Origin: Piromyces finnis finn | Taxonomy: Eukaryota > Fungi > Neocallimastigomycota | NCBI GenBank assembly: GCA_002104945.1 | Contig: MCFH01000018.1 | Location: forward strand, 682,001 to 746,000 | Direction of reading: 5' to 3' | DNA: 64,000 nucleotides | In this document: positions 37,353 to 53,689 of the stretch, piece after piece | Numbering within the stretch: the first letter of the stretch is position 1 | How the letters are laid out: each line of letters starts with the position of its first letter | Position numbers and translations under genes: made by a program | Notes under the pieces: model-generated | The model's input: only the letters and a program-made list of their open reading frames with translations | Database searches by the model: none | Told to the model about the DNA's origin: nothing

Positions 37353-38245
37353 GTCAAAGTCATACCACAATAAAGGATACACTAAAATGCAACTACGATT
37401 ATATTACTACTACATACGGCCAAGAAAACCATAATGAAGATACGAATAAAATCAATCCAAATAATAATAATAATAATAATTTAAATCATAGGGATAATAA
37501 TAAGGATAAAAAATCAATATTGAACATGAATAATAATATTCTAATTCCTGGGATTGAGAAAAACAACAATAGTAGTAAAAATGAAATTTTAAACCATAAA
37601 AATAGTGTCTATTATTTTGATACAATTCCATGGTTAGATTTAACAAATACCAATGAAAAAGTTGATTTAACAAAAGAAAATTGGAGCAAATGTTTAAGTT
37701 TAGCGGTAATCAAGAGTAGATTTGACTTTTTATATTATTTATTGTATTCTTATCAAAAATATACCTCATTACTTTCAGTGGAATCATGGAATAAAATTCT
37801 TTCCTTAGTATTATCGTCATTTAAAATGAATTTATTCAATAAAATATTTCAAATGAAAAGTAATTCCATTTTACTTTCCCCTTTAACGGTCAATTTATTC
37901 ATCAAGGCGTTACTTTGTCAAAATGACAATGGTAAAGATATTCTCATGAATCTATCGGATCAAGAGTTAAGTTATATCACAAAAGAAAATCTTAATGCTA
38001 TTCTATGTTTTTCGGTAGATCGTAAGATGGATTCCTTTGTGGAACAACTTTTACAATATCATTATAGAGATTTAATTACTTTAAAGAGTAAAGAATATTG
38101 TTTAAAAAGTTTTGTTCAATCTGGTAATACCAGATTATTTAAATTATTATTACTTCAGGATAAAAAAATATGTACCACCGCTAATCGGAATTACATCTAT
38201 AGTTATGGGAATCAAGAAATGAAATGCTTTTTTAATTCAATGTAA
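35738..38245 (+). CDS. Intronless protein with an N-terminal F-box-like motif, degenerate ankyrin-like repeats and a poly-Asn insert
   Basis: FTDIPLEILKRISLFID...LMKTCK fits the F-box consensus. LLNACQGGHAEVINKL and AFDTACENGHLKIVKLL are ankyrin-like. 835-aa open frame in very AT-rich DNA. Confidence 0.7.
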
Positions 38246-38718
38246 TTGTTATTGTTTGAATAAATAAAGCAAAAAAAAAAAAAAAATAACAAAAACAATA
38301 ACAATTATAATAACGTTTACATCTTTAATACTTTTATAATATATAATTATTTGGTCTTTTCTATAACTTTGTAAAATAACAAAAGCGAAAAAAAAAAAAA
38401 AAAAAAATTTTTTTAAAAGTTTGAAATATTAATAAAATAAAAATAATATACTAGAAACACTTTTTTATTTTTATTTGTTCTTTTGGAATAAAATTTTATT
38501 TCTATTTATTATTTGTTTTTGTTTGTTTTTTTAGGAATACATTTTTAGTTATTATTTTTTTAATTATAATTTTTTTAGATATTTTTTATTTATGTTTTTA
38601 TATTGAGTTTTTATTTAAATCAAATAATAACTCTTAAGAATATAAAAAACATTTTAACTAGAAAAAAAAAAGGTATTTACTATTATGATTATTCATTTTT
38701 AGTAATTTGATAATTTTT

Positions 38719-39117
38719 CTAGTTATTAACTTGAATTTCAATTTTTTCTTGTTTATTTTTTTGAGCTTCTTGTTTTAATAAGTCAAAAATTTTATCTTCT
38801 TGTTCTTTTCTTTGTTTAATTTCTATGAAATCATCATTTATTCCGGCATTTTTATCATTTAATAATTCCTTTATTCTTCTTTTTCTCATTTTTGTTTTTT
38901 CCTTATAACTTGTTGGTTTATAATCATCTGATAATTGCATTTCTTTTTCTTCTTTTCTTATAATTTTGGCAATTCTTTGATATTCTGCCTTTAATCTTAA
39001 ATTTTCTTCTTTATTTTCTTTTCTATATTTAGAAATGCATTTACAAATAATTTTAGTAATTATACCGCCAACTAAAGTGATATTAAAGACTAACAATAAA
39101 ATAGTGTCAAAATCCAT
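38719..39117 (-). CDS. Small single-pass membrane protein with a Lys/Glu-rich, probably coiled-coil tail
   Basis: 132-aa ORF with an N-terminal hydrophobic segment (TILLLVFNITLVGGII), aaaATG start context and host-like codon usage. Confidence 0.55.
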   Translation of the reverse strand: MDFDTILLLVFNITLVGGIITKIICKCISKYRKENKEENLRLKAEYQRIAKIIRKEEKEMQLSDDYKPTSYKEKTKMRKRRIKELLNDKNAGINDDFIEIKQRKEQEDKIFDLLKQEAQKNKQEKIEIQVNN

Positions 39118-39929
39118 TTTTAAAATCTAAGAAGCTTACTATTACATATAAATAAAGAATTGAAGTTTTATTATAATAATAATAATAATAAAAGTTAGAA
39201 TATTTACTATTATTATCATAATTTAAACATTAACCATTAATAATATTTACTTTTAAAATATAATTTTATAGATTAAAAATATTTAATAAATATTAATTTT
39301 TCAATATTTTTATAAATTTCAGTATAGTTTTTATTTTGTGATTTGATTTCAATTTTTACAAAGATTAAAAATTTGGGAAATCTTCTTTCTTTTATACTTT
39401 TCATTTAATTTTAGATTATTATTTTTTTATTAAAAAATTATAATTAATATATTTATAATATATGGAAACAATTCAATTTTCATTTTATATATATTAAAAG
39501 TAATTTAATATTATTTGTTTTAGAAGAATCTTTTTAGATAAAAAAAAAAAAAAAAACAATTAAATTTAAGAACATGAAACGAAAGAGATTGAATAAAAAT
39601 AAATAATGCCTTCATGTTTAATAGAAAGTAATGAATAAAGTAAAAAGGAAATAGGAATTAAAAGATAAATATTATGAAATTGTTATGTTTTTTTTATGTT
39701 TTTAATTTTTATTTTTATTATTTTTTATGTTCGATTATTTAAACATAATTTTTAAAAAAAGAAAAATCAAGTCGACTTTTTTTTTTTTAATAATTCTGTT
39801 TTTTTTTTCTTAGAAAAATTTAATTCGTTTAAATTTTAATTATTGAACTAATAGATATAATGTTTTATTCATTATAAAGTCTTTGACTTTTTAATAATAA
39901 ATTATTTATAAAATAAAACGATTTTGTTA

Positions 39930-40166
39930 TTATTGATTATTAATTGTAATATTAACTTGTTCTTCATTATTTTGTTCTTTTTCTCCTTTTTCTTTCAATT
40001 CATCTTGTTCTATATATTTTAAGATTTTTATAATTTTTTCGTCTCTGTTTTCATAAAAACGATCTCGAGGATTAACAGTATGATAAATGGTAAATATAAT
40101 ATCAATTATATCCCCAACAATGAATATTATAATTAAAACTGAAATAATAATATTTACAACTCCCAT
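39930..40166 (-). CDS. Small single-pass membrane protein with a charged tail
   Basis: 78-aa ORF with a hydrophobic N-terminus (VVNIIISVLIIIFIVG), aaaATG start context and an E/K-rich tail. Confidence 0.45.
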   Translation of the reverse strand: MGVVNIIISVLIIIFIVGDIIDIIFTIYHTVNPRDRFYENRDEKIIKILKYIEQDELKEKGEKEQNNEEQVNITINNQ

Positions 40167-41324
40167 TTTGATTAATTTACTTGTTAATATATAATTTTTT
40201 AGATTTATTTATGAGTAAACTTTTGAAAGTATATATAGGCTGTATCATATATTTGTTTATATATAAAAAAATAAAGTTAACAATTATGAAAATAAACTCT
40301 GAATATATAATACATACTTATTTATTATTATTATTTTTACTTTTATTCTTACCTTTTAGATTATTAATTTATTATTATTTTTTTTTTAAAAAATAAAATT
40401 AGTTTTGATTTTTATTATATTTTTTATTCGTTTGTTTTTATTTTTTTATTTTAACAAAGTTTTAATTTTTTGGGATTTTTTAATTGTATTTATACTTTTT
40501 TTTCATAATAAAAAATTTAATATACTATATATATTACAATATACTATAATGTAATATAATTATATATATTTTAATTAAAAAATTTTAATTAGAAAAGATG
40601 TTTTAATTTGATTCAATATAAAATGAATTTTGTGGTAGGTGGTAGAAAATTTCCTAGCTAAAAATCTAGCAGAGATTGAATTTCTTCTGGTTAAAAAGTC
40701 TGGCTATAATCGCCAAAAATTTAAGATAATTACTAATTCATCATACTTTTAACGTCATGTATAAAAGAAAAGATAAATTATACCCTTAAAAGATATATAT
40801 ATATATATTTTAATTATTTTTTCTTTTTTTTATTATTTTTTATTTTTTATTCTTTAGTCTTTTTTTTTTTTTTTTTTTTAAAAAAATTAAAATTAGAAAG
40901 ATATGCTTTAAAAAATTTATATAATAATACAAATTAAAAAAGATTTTTTAAAGTGTACATATGTTTATTATTATCATTGAATTTTATAATTTTTTTTTCT
41001 ATTGTATTTTTTTTATATGGTTATGTAAAAATATAATGATAATAACATTAATAAAGTAATAATAAAAAATATTTATAAATTAATTTATAATGGAATTGGG
41101 GGGTAATAAGGATTTGAAATAATAATAATAATAAAAAAAAAAACAAAAATATTTAATTTCTTCGGTTAGTTAGATTTATTCAGTACAGATTTAGTAAGTA
41201 CTAAATATAATTATCATTTTAGATTATAGCCTTTTTTTTTATTATTATTTTCCTTTAGAATTTGAATAATGAAACTGTATTTCTTCTCTACCTTTTTTTT
41301 TTAATTTATATGGGAATTAAAAAT

Positions 41325-44447
<3,123 letters not shown>

Positions 44448-47220
44448 TTTTATTTATTATATATATATATTTTTTTAAGTTGTCTTTAATTATTACTTTT
44501 TTATCTTCAATTTATTTTTTATTTTTTTTATTTAATTGTTGATTTTGTTTTTCTTTTTTATTTAAGTTTTTTTTTTTTTTTTTAAAAAAAAGTTTAGCCT
44601 TATTTCTTTGAAATAATAATTTATATTTAATTATTGTTTATTTGCTAATTATTACTTTGTAATTATTATTTTTTTTATAGAAGAGATAATTATTTTATAA
44701 TAAATAATAGAAATAAAAGTATTACTGAATATTATTATTTAAATAATGATTCAAATAATAATTTATTGTATTTATTTAAAGGAAATCTATCTATATATTA
44801 TTTTTATTCTTATATATGAAATGTTATTTTTTTTCCTTTTTTTTTTTTTTTTAAAAAAAATAAAAAAGAATATAAGTTTTTTCGATATATAAAATATATA
44901 ATTAATAGAGTCTAAATTAAATTTTGTATTTAATTTATTATTGGTTTTTTTTGTATTATTATGGATGGATAATTAATAAAATTTTATATAAATTTAATTA
45001 TTCAATAATAAAAATTAGGCATCTTGTTTTTTTAAATTGTTTTAATTAAACGAATAATGAAAAAGTATTATAAAAGAAAGAAAAAGTATTATAGCCAAAC
45101 AATGAAAATGTTTTTCAAAACTATAATAAGTTTTTTTTTTATTACTTAATTTTCAAAACCAAGAATAATTAAAAAAAAATAAACTTATTTAACTTGTTCA
45201 CTAATTTATTAATTATTATTAATATATTTGAAAAAGAGAAGATTGTTTTTGATTATATCTTTTAATAATTATATTTTGAAATGGCAGAGCCGTTCTATAA
45301 AATAAATATGTTTATATGTAATAAAAAAAAATCGATTTTTTAAAATTATAATTAATTATTATCAAAGATTAGAAATGCAATAATTAATAAAGTTGTAGAA
45401 TTTTAATTTTAAACAATAATAATAAAATAGGTTTATTGAATGATGATTAAAGGATATGAATAAGTTCCAGTATAAAAATAATAGTGTTTAATTGAAAAAC
45501 CTTATACTATTATTAAATTATAAACGCTATACTTGTATATTATAATATGAATATATTGATAGTGTTTTCTTTTTCTTAGTATTACTGTGTATGATGACTA
45601 TTTGTTTTTAAAATTATTAACATTGTTTTTTTCTTTTTAAAATTTCCCTTTGTAGACAAAATTTAAAAAGTATTATTTAATTCAATTGTTATATATTGAT
45701 AATATAATCTAATATTAATATAATATTTGTAATGGAGAATTATTAAATAATATATTTCAATCTTATAAATTTTAAATATATAATTAAATATATTATCATT
45801 ATGCTCTAATATATTATTATCATCTACAATTAATTTAAAAGCATGTGAACTAGTAAATTAATTCTATTTATTAATATTAATTACATTTTCTTCCTACATC
45901 ATATTAAAATTATATTAAATAATGTATTGTAATACGTTTCAAGTTTTTATTATAATTCAAATATAATGGGGAAACTTTTTATAAAAAAAAAAAAAAGGAG
46001 ATTTACTTTGACAATAATATCAATGTTATCATAACTGACTGATAATAATATTTTTTTATTAATAATGAGTTAATATGTAATATGGCTTTTAAATAATTAT
46101 TTTAATATCATGAATTCAAGAATTTCCAAGTATAATAGTAATATTTTTTAAAATTAATATATTAATGTAAATTTTTAAAATGTGACTTTTGATTATGTTG
46201 CTTGATATTAATTTTTCTATAAAAAAATTGATATGTAATATCGAATTTATTTTTTATATTGGTAATGAGAAGGAAAGTAATATAAATTGACTATTTGAAT
46301 AAGTATTTAACTATTATAATTAATGCTTTTTTTTTAATAATATTAGTTGTTCAATCGGATGAACGAAAGGTAAAAATAAAATATTAAATTATTAGAATCA
46401 ATAAATTCTAAAAAAAAAAAAACTTTCTTTAAAACATGTTATATTTAAATAGGAAGGATTTATTTTTTATATAATAGTTTTATTGCTAATATTTCTTTTT
46501 TATATGTACAAAATATTTATTATATATTATATATAATAAAAAATAAAACAAAACAAACAATTAAAGTTGTAAATGGTGTTTTTTTTTAAAGCGTTTATAT
46601 TGTAAAATAAAATATCATATATAATTATCTATATAATTTTAATAAGTCATTAAATGGAAAATTAAAAAAATTGTTATTTTCTCTTAAATATATATTAATA
46701 AAAGATTTATTTTAATTATTGAATGTTTTATTTTTTTTCTTCTCTTTCTAATGCCTCTTTAAATATTTTTATTTTTAATTTATTTGTATTTTAGTTGATC
46801 TTATTTCAAAAGAGAAAAAATGTTATACTTGTAAAAAACCAATGTCAATCCATAGTACCTTATTAAACTTATTAAATCATATTTATAATATATATTTCCT
46901 GATTTATATTAAAAATTATATATATATTTTAAATATAATCCTTATATATATATAAAACAAAATAAAATCCATAAAATATGGTTAATTTTATTCTTTAGAT
47001 ATTTATTATATATTTATAACAAAGGTATATATAGAAAATTGATTGTTATAATTTATAGTGTTAACTTAATGTATTAAAAACTATCATACAATTATTATAT
47101 ACAATTGTTATTATTATTATTATTATTAACAATAACTATTAACATATTTACAATATGATCTTTTTATTTATTTTTTTAAATTTTTTTTTATTTATTTTTT
47201 ATTATATTTTTATTTTTATT

Positions 47221-47967
47221 TCAGCAATTTTTATTAACACCACACCAATTATCATTTTCAATTCCCCAAATTCCATAACTATCAGAATATGTATTTTCAA
47301 CACATCCAGTACAACATGAGAAACCATATGATTCTGACCAACAAATATTGTTATTTTCTCCGACTTGAGAAAGTCCACACCATTGATTTGTTTCAAAATC
47401 AAATCCCCAATCACCATTTTCATCGTGATAATATACTTCTGATATATTTTTAGGACAGCATTGATAACCCAAACTTTTGGCTATACAATTAATAGATTCT
47501 TCTATTATTATAGGATCGTCTTCTGTAACAGATACATTATCTTTATTTACAGATATGATGTTTTCAATTGACTCAACCTTTCCTACAATATTTGAATTCA
47601 GATAAGCATATAAAACAATTTTGTTGTTTTGAGAAAAGGTGGGGTAAATTATACCACCGTATTTACCATAATCATAAAAATAGTCATCTTTGTTTTGTTC
47701 ATATTCATTTTGAAGATTATCTATTTCTGATGGATTTTTATATGTATTAATATTTTCAATTATTACTTTATGAATACTTTCAATAATTGAATCGACATAG
47801 TTGTTGTATTCTTTACTATTTTTAATCAAATTGTTCTCATTTCTTACAAATATTAAATAAAATTCTCCATTTTTTGGAATTACATTATTAATTGATTTGG
47901 AATGACTTTCCTTAATCAAAAAAGTAAAAATTATACTTAATAAAAATATAAAATTTTTTATATTCAT
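47221..47967 (-). CDS. Secreted protein with a peptidase-prodomain-like N-terminal domain and two fungal dockerin (CBM10-like) domains
   Basis: Signal peptide. Dockerin patterns CIAKSLGYQCC...DENGDWG......WCG and CWSESYGFSCC...DSYGIWGIENDNWCG. Confidence 0.85.
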   Translation of the reverse strand: MNIKNFIFLLSIIFTFLIKESHSKSINNVIPKNGEFYLIFVRNENNLIKNSKEYNNYVDSIIESIHKVIIENINTYKNPSEIDNLQNEYEQNKDDYFYDYGKYGGIIYPTFSQNNKIVLYAYLNSNIVGKVESIENIISVNKDNVSVTEDDPIIIEESINCIAKSLGYQCCPKNISEVYYHDENGDWGFDFETNQWCGLSQVGENNNICWSESYGFSCCTGCVENTYSDSYGIWGIENDNWCGVNKNC

Positions 47968-50872
47968 TGTATTTACGAATAATGAGTTATTGAATAAATG
48001 ATTGAAATTTAAAATTTTAAAAAAATTATAAATTTAAAATGAATATTTGAAGAAAATAAAAATTGGTGTAATCTCTTTTTTAATTATATAAATCAATTAT
48101 ATAATTAAATACTAACTGTGGTGGTGGTATAATTCTTTTTATTTAAAGATTTATATATTTTTTTTTTATTTTTCTTTTTTTTTTATAAATGTTAAAATGG
48201 TACTTTTTCCTTCCTTTTATAGTATTAAAACTAAATTAATAAAAAACTATTTAATTAAATAAATTTTAATTATTATTATAAGAGTTAAATAATATTTATT
48301 GAATAATTTAATTTATCTTTTTTTGTTAATTATTCTGTTTTTTAAAAAAGTTTATTTTTATATTTGTTATTGATTTTCCGTAAATAAACTTTATTTATAA
48401 ATATTTTCTTCTTTTTATTAATTAAAAATTAAAAAAATTTAAAACATATATTAAATTCGTGTAACATAAACTTAATTAATAATATTAAAAAAAAAAAGAT
48501 AAAAAATAAAAAAAAAGTAAAATGTAACAGTATTAAATTAGTAGTTCATTCAAAGGAGCTAAAAAAAAAAAAGGATGAATAAAAATAGGCTTTTTTTTTT
48601 ATTATTCTAAAATAATTTGAATTAGTAATTTAAAATAATTAGTTATTATAAAGTAAAAGTCTTTTTATTTTATTCAATTTATTTATTATGAAATTCTCAT
48701 TAAAATTATATAGACTTTATTCACCATAAAATTATTTTTCTCATTGATAAATTAATCATCATCATCGTATTAAATATACTAAATTATTGATTGGTGATGA
48801 TTTTAAAATGAATCTATTTCTATATGATTAAACAATAATATATATTATACCAGAATTTAACCAATAATCTAAATGAAAAATAATGGTCAACTTAAACCAT
48901 GATGATGGTAAAATAATTATCATTTTAACAATATTTATATTAATTATTGGATAGAAGGGCTAAAATAATAAAATAAAACAAACAAACATGTAAAAGTAAA
49001 GCTTTTAAATTTAAATAGATTAAAATTACCAAATTATATTTAATTATTAAGAAAGAAAAAAATATTGAATTTTTTTTGGATACTAACAATTAAATATATT
49101 TATACATTGTATTATTAATTATTATAATTTATACAATGAATTTAGTATCATTGGATTTACATGTATATTCGAAAATAAAATAAAAAGAATTTTTAAAAGT
49201 ATTTCTTTTGTTATATAAAAAGAAATTAAATAATGTTTAATAATTTAAAGAATAATAAATAAAATTTATTAAATATAACTATATACAATGATACTATTTA
49301 TATTGTTTTTTTTTTTGAACTTTATCATTAAAAATTTTTTGAAAATGATATAAAATTAAAAGATAGGAAAGAATATCACTTTAAAGTGCTTTTTTTTTTT
49401 TTTTTTCTATTTATAACCTTAAAAATTAAAATTTTATTTATGAATAACTACTGGAGTATATATGTAATTTAAATTATTATGAAGATTATGATAATAATAT
49501 ACTTTTTTTGATATATATCAGGGGTTTGGCGAATAGGTTGAATTATTTTATTATTAAATAAGGTTTGATAAAAATTTAGAAAAGACAATAATAGAAATTT
49601 ATTTAAAAATTTTACACAAGACTCTTTTATTAATAATTTAAGTTTAAAATTATATTTGATCTTTTATTAACATTGAAAAGTGGACTTTTTATAAGTCAGA
49701 ATAATAAAAAGGTTTTTATAGAATTTGAAAATAATTCTCAATTGAAGCTTAACTAATTATTTTTTCTTTAACTATTTATACTAAAGCTTCAATTGAGGCT
49801 TTACAATTATTTTAATTTTTTATTAATAATAATTACTAATAATTACTAATTAAATAAAAATAATTAATAATAAAGATTATAAAATTAATATTACTTCGAG
49901 AAGGTGTTATAATTCTTTTACTAAACTATTTATTCTTCTAAATTTTTCTATTTATTACTAATAACTAATTTATTAATAATTAAGATTCTTCTATGAAATT
50001 ATTTTATTGTTTATTAAAGTTAATTATAACAAAAATTTTTATTAACGTAATGTAACGTATTGATATATTGATAATATATTAATAAAAAATCAAAATGTTT
50101 ATTGAATTGTAATAAGCACTTTTAATGAGTTTATTAAATTTAAATAAAATGTTAAGCAAAACTAATATATTTAAAAAAACTTTATTTTTTTTAAAAAAAA
50201 TAAAGTTTTATTTATATATAACTGTAGGATATATAATTTCAATATAATTTCATAATCACATTTACAAAAAATAAATAATCAAATAATAAAAATATTTTTT
50301 TTAATAAAAAAATTGATGTTGTTTGTAATGAATAGATTAAAGTTTTTTTTAAGAAAAAATTACTAAATATATATACTTTTAAAATAAAACAATAAAAAAA
50401 TATGTTATTTTTCATTTATTTATTTTGATTGATATTGAATAGAGAGAATTTGATAGTCAATTTCATATTGATATCATGTCCTAATATTTACTAATTAGTA
50501 AATATATTTTAGCATTTTATATTTAAGATTTTGCTTTCATTTAATGTATCTTCTTTCCTACTTGATGTTGATTTATTTATTATATTTTGAATTTCTTTTT
50601 TTTGACAAATTACTATTATATAGTATGTTAATATATAAATCAATATTATGATAAATGATGATAATTTCTATAAATTAGATTTATTTTATAAATTAGAAAA
50701 TTTTACATTATTTTAAAGTGATTCCATTTAAAATTATATAAAGATTTTATATCATATGATATTTATTGTTTTTTTTTTTATAAATATAAAAATAAATATT
50801 ATTATTTCTTAAAGTTTTAAAGTAATAATATTAATAAATCTTAAATATAATTCTTTATAAATATAAATAGTT

Positions 50873-51101
<229 letters not shown>

Positions 51102-51355
51102 TCGATATTATAATGTTGACAAAAATTAAAGAAAAAGTAGGAAAAAATTATAAAATTTATTATATATATATATGTATATATGTATATATATTTAGATAAA
51201 AGGGAAAAAGTTAATAAAATAATAATTTATATAAATATTTTTTTTAAAATAATCAGAAAAATATGAATGTTTTATTCAAAATTATTCTAATTCATTTTGT
51301 TATTCTTGTTTCCTTTTTTAATAGAAGTATTTCTTTATTTTCATGTTTATAAAAA

Positions 51356-53208
51356 TTATCTTGGATTTTTCTTTTTTAGTGAATTCCAGAATTCTTTTAA
51401 CTTTAAATATTCATTTCTTAATTTTTCTTTTTTTTGATATTCTTCTAATTTTTTAATTTCTTCTGGTGTTAATGTTGGTTTTGATGTTTGTGTTGTTGAT
51501 GTTTGTATTTGTGTTGATGTTGTTTTTGTTTTTATTTGTGTTGATGTTGTTTTTGTTTTTATTTGTGTTGATGTAGATATTGATATTGATTCTGTTACTT
51601 TTCCATATTCATAATCAAAGCTATGTGGTTTATAAGTGACAGCTTCTTCTAATATTTCTGTTTTATTAAATTTATAATTATCACAAGCTACTTGGAATTT
51701 TGTATTAATCCAATATTTTAAACTATTTGAAATATTATTCTTAAACTCAGTAACTGAGGAAGCTTGTCTTATTCCTGCTCTATTAATTCTACCTGGAAGA
51801 TAACCATTTTCACCTTTTATACTATCTTCTTCCACATATGGTAAAAGAAAAGTTTGAAGTTCGTCTATATGAGGAATTAACATTGTTGGATTAAAAGCTG
51901 CTACCATTATTTCTCTTGTGATATTTTTAAACTCTTCTTTATTATTATATACTAAAGTTTTGAGAATTGGAATATTCATTTCCCAATCGCTAAAAGTATA
52001 ATATATTGGTCTATCACCTCTATCACCACCCGTACCATCCTGATTTTTACCTTTTCTACTCCATAGTGAAAGAGAAACTCCATTACCAAAAGTATTATCA
52101 AAATCATGTTCAATTAAAATCCATTTACCGTCTGTTTCTCTTTTATAAAAATAAAAATTATGGCCATATATTAAGAAATGATCGTAAGAACCAATTAACC
52201 ATTCCAATGCTATGTATTTTAAAAATACATCAACATCCATGATTTCTCTTATTTCATCAATACTTTTGCAAGAATTAATATCATTAACAAAATTCTTAAA
52301 TACTGTTCTATCTGTAGTTTCATCATTGGCATTGTCACATTGGTTTGCTGAATATGTTGAAAAATTAAAACCTCCTGTTTTACATTGAAATAAAGTTGTT
52401 ATTTCTTCCGCTTCAGGTTTAAATGTTTGTTTAATCCATGATGGCTTAATAGCATCTAATAAAGTGTATAAACCCCAAAATTCTTCATTCATATAGAGTC
52501 TTGCATAAACTGCTTGAATAGATGGTAACCCTAATCTATTGGCAATATCACTTGTAAGTTTGGAACGAAGATGACTTCTATCTCCTGCATCTGGTCTAAT
52601 TCTAATGTTTTTTCGACCTAAAAATTTTTTTTGTAATTTAATATTATATCCAACTTTATCATTGGATCTAGCATACATTCCACCTGTTTTGAAACTGGAT
52701 TCTTCATATATCTTTTCTTTTCTTTTTTATTTTTTTTTAAATTATTATAATAATAAAATATATTAATTAAATATTCCTACAATTCATATGAAATTCATTC
52801 TGATTCTTTGAAATTATATGATATTTATACGAATTAACTTACCCATCCCATTTCATAACTATTTTAGCACTTTCATATTTAAAATCTTGAATTTTTCCAG
52901 CATTTCCGTTTTGAACCATATTTATACTAACTTGTGCTATTTGAATTAATTTTTCAACTTCTTCTGGAGGCATAGTTACATATATATCAACCATTTTTCG
53001 TTCTGCTTCATCAAAAGATCTATCCAAACCATCTAAGAATGAATCTACAGCACAAAATACATTAGATACTATATATAATATATAGCAACTTAAGTTAATA
53101 TATTCATGTATATGTTTACATATTTATATAGATTTGGAAATATTATATATAGTTATTTTCTTTATATCTATTACTTAATAACAGAGTTATGAATATAATA
53201 GATTTCAT
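51356..53208 (-). CDS. CotH-family kinase-like secreted protein (3 exons), Thr-rich linker, no C-terminal dockerin
   Basis: Signal-peptide exon MKSIIFITLLL from 53208, second exon ...KIVMKWDG, then YNIKLQKKFLGRKNIRIRPD, LRSKLTSDIANRLGLPS, YARLYMNEEFWGLY, GSYDHFLIYGHNFYFY, HDFDNTFG. Confidence 0.88.
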
Positions 53209-53689
53209 TTTTTTTTACTACTTTTTCTTTTTTTTAATTATTTAACATATCATAGAGGTAATTATTATATGAATTATTCTTTTTAGAAGGAATAAAATAT
53301 TTTATAAAAATAAGATTATTAATAACTCAATTATTAACTTTTGATCTTATTAAAATGCTAATAAAGTTTTAGAAAAATTGTTATATAAATCTAAAAATTT
53401 ATTTTTTTCAAACAAGGAAATTTTAATTTTTTTTTTTTTTTTTTTTTTTTAATAAATAAAATATTAAAATTATCGTTACAATTAGTATTAAATCATTTTT
53501 AATTATAGAAATATAATGGTAATAAAAAGAAAAAGGTTAAAAAATTGGCATGTGTTAAATTTTTAAGCAAATAATTTTTATTTTTTAATAAATACAATAT
53601 AAACTTTTTTTTTTTTTTTTGTATTATTTTTTTAAAAAAAATAAGAAAATAAATTACTTTCAATCAAAATAAAAGAGAAATAAGAAAAA

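Noticed and set aside
36724-37673. Several hydrophobic, poly-Ile or poly-Tyr ORFs overlapping the F-box/ankyrin gene
   Set aside because: Alternative frames of (AAT)n and Asn-rich coding sequence.
40620-40725. Locally GC-richer patch that might be a mobile-element fragment
   Set aside because: All frames are short or stopped and no motif was recognised.
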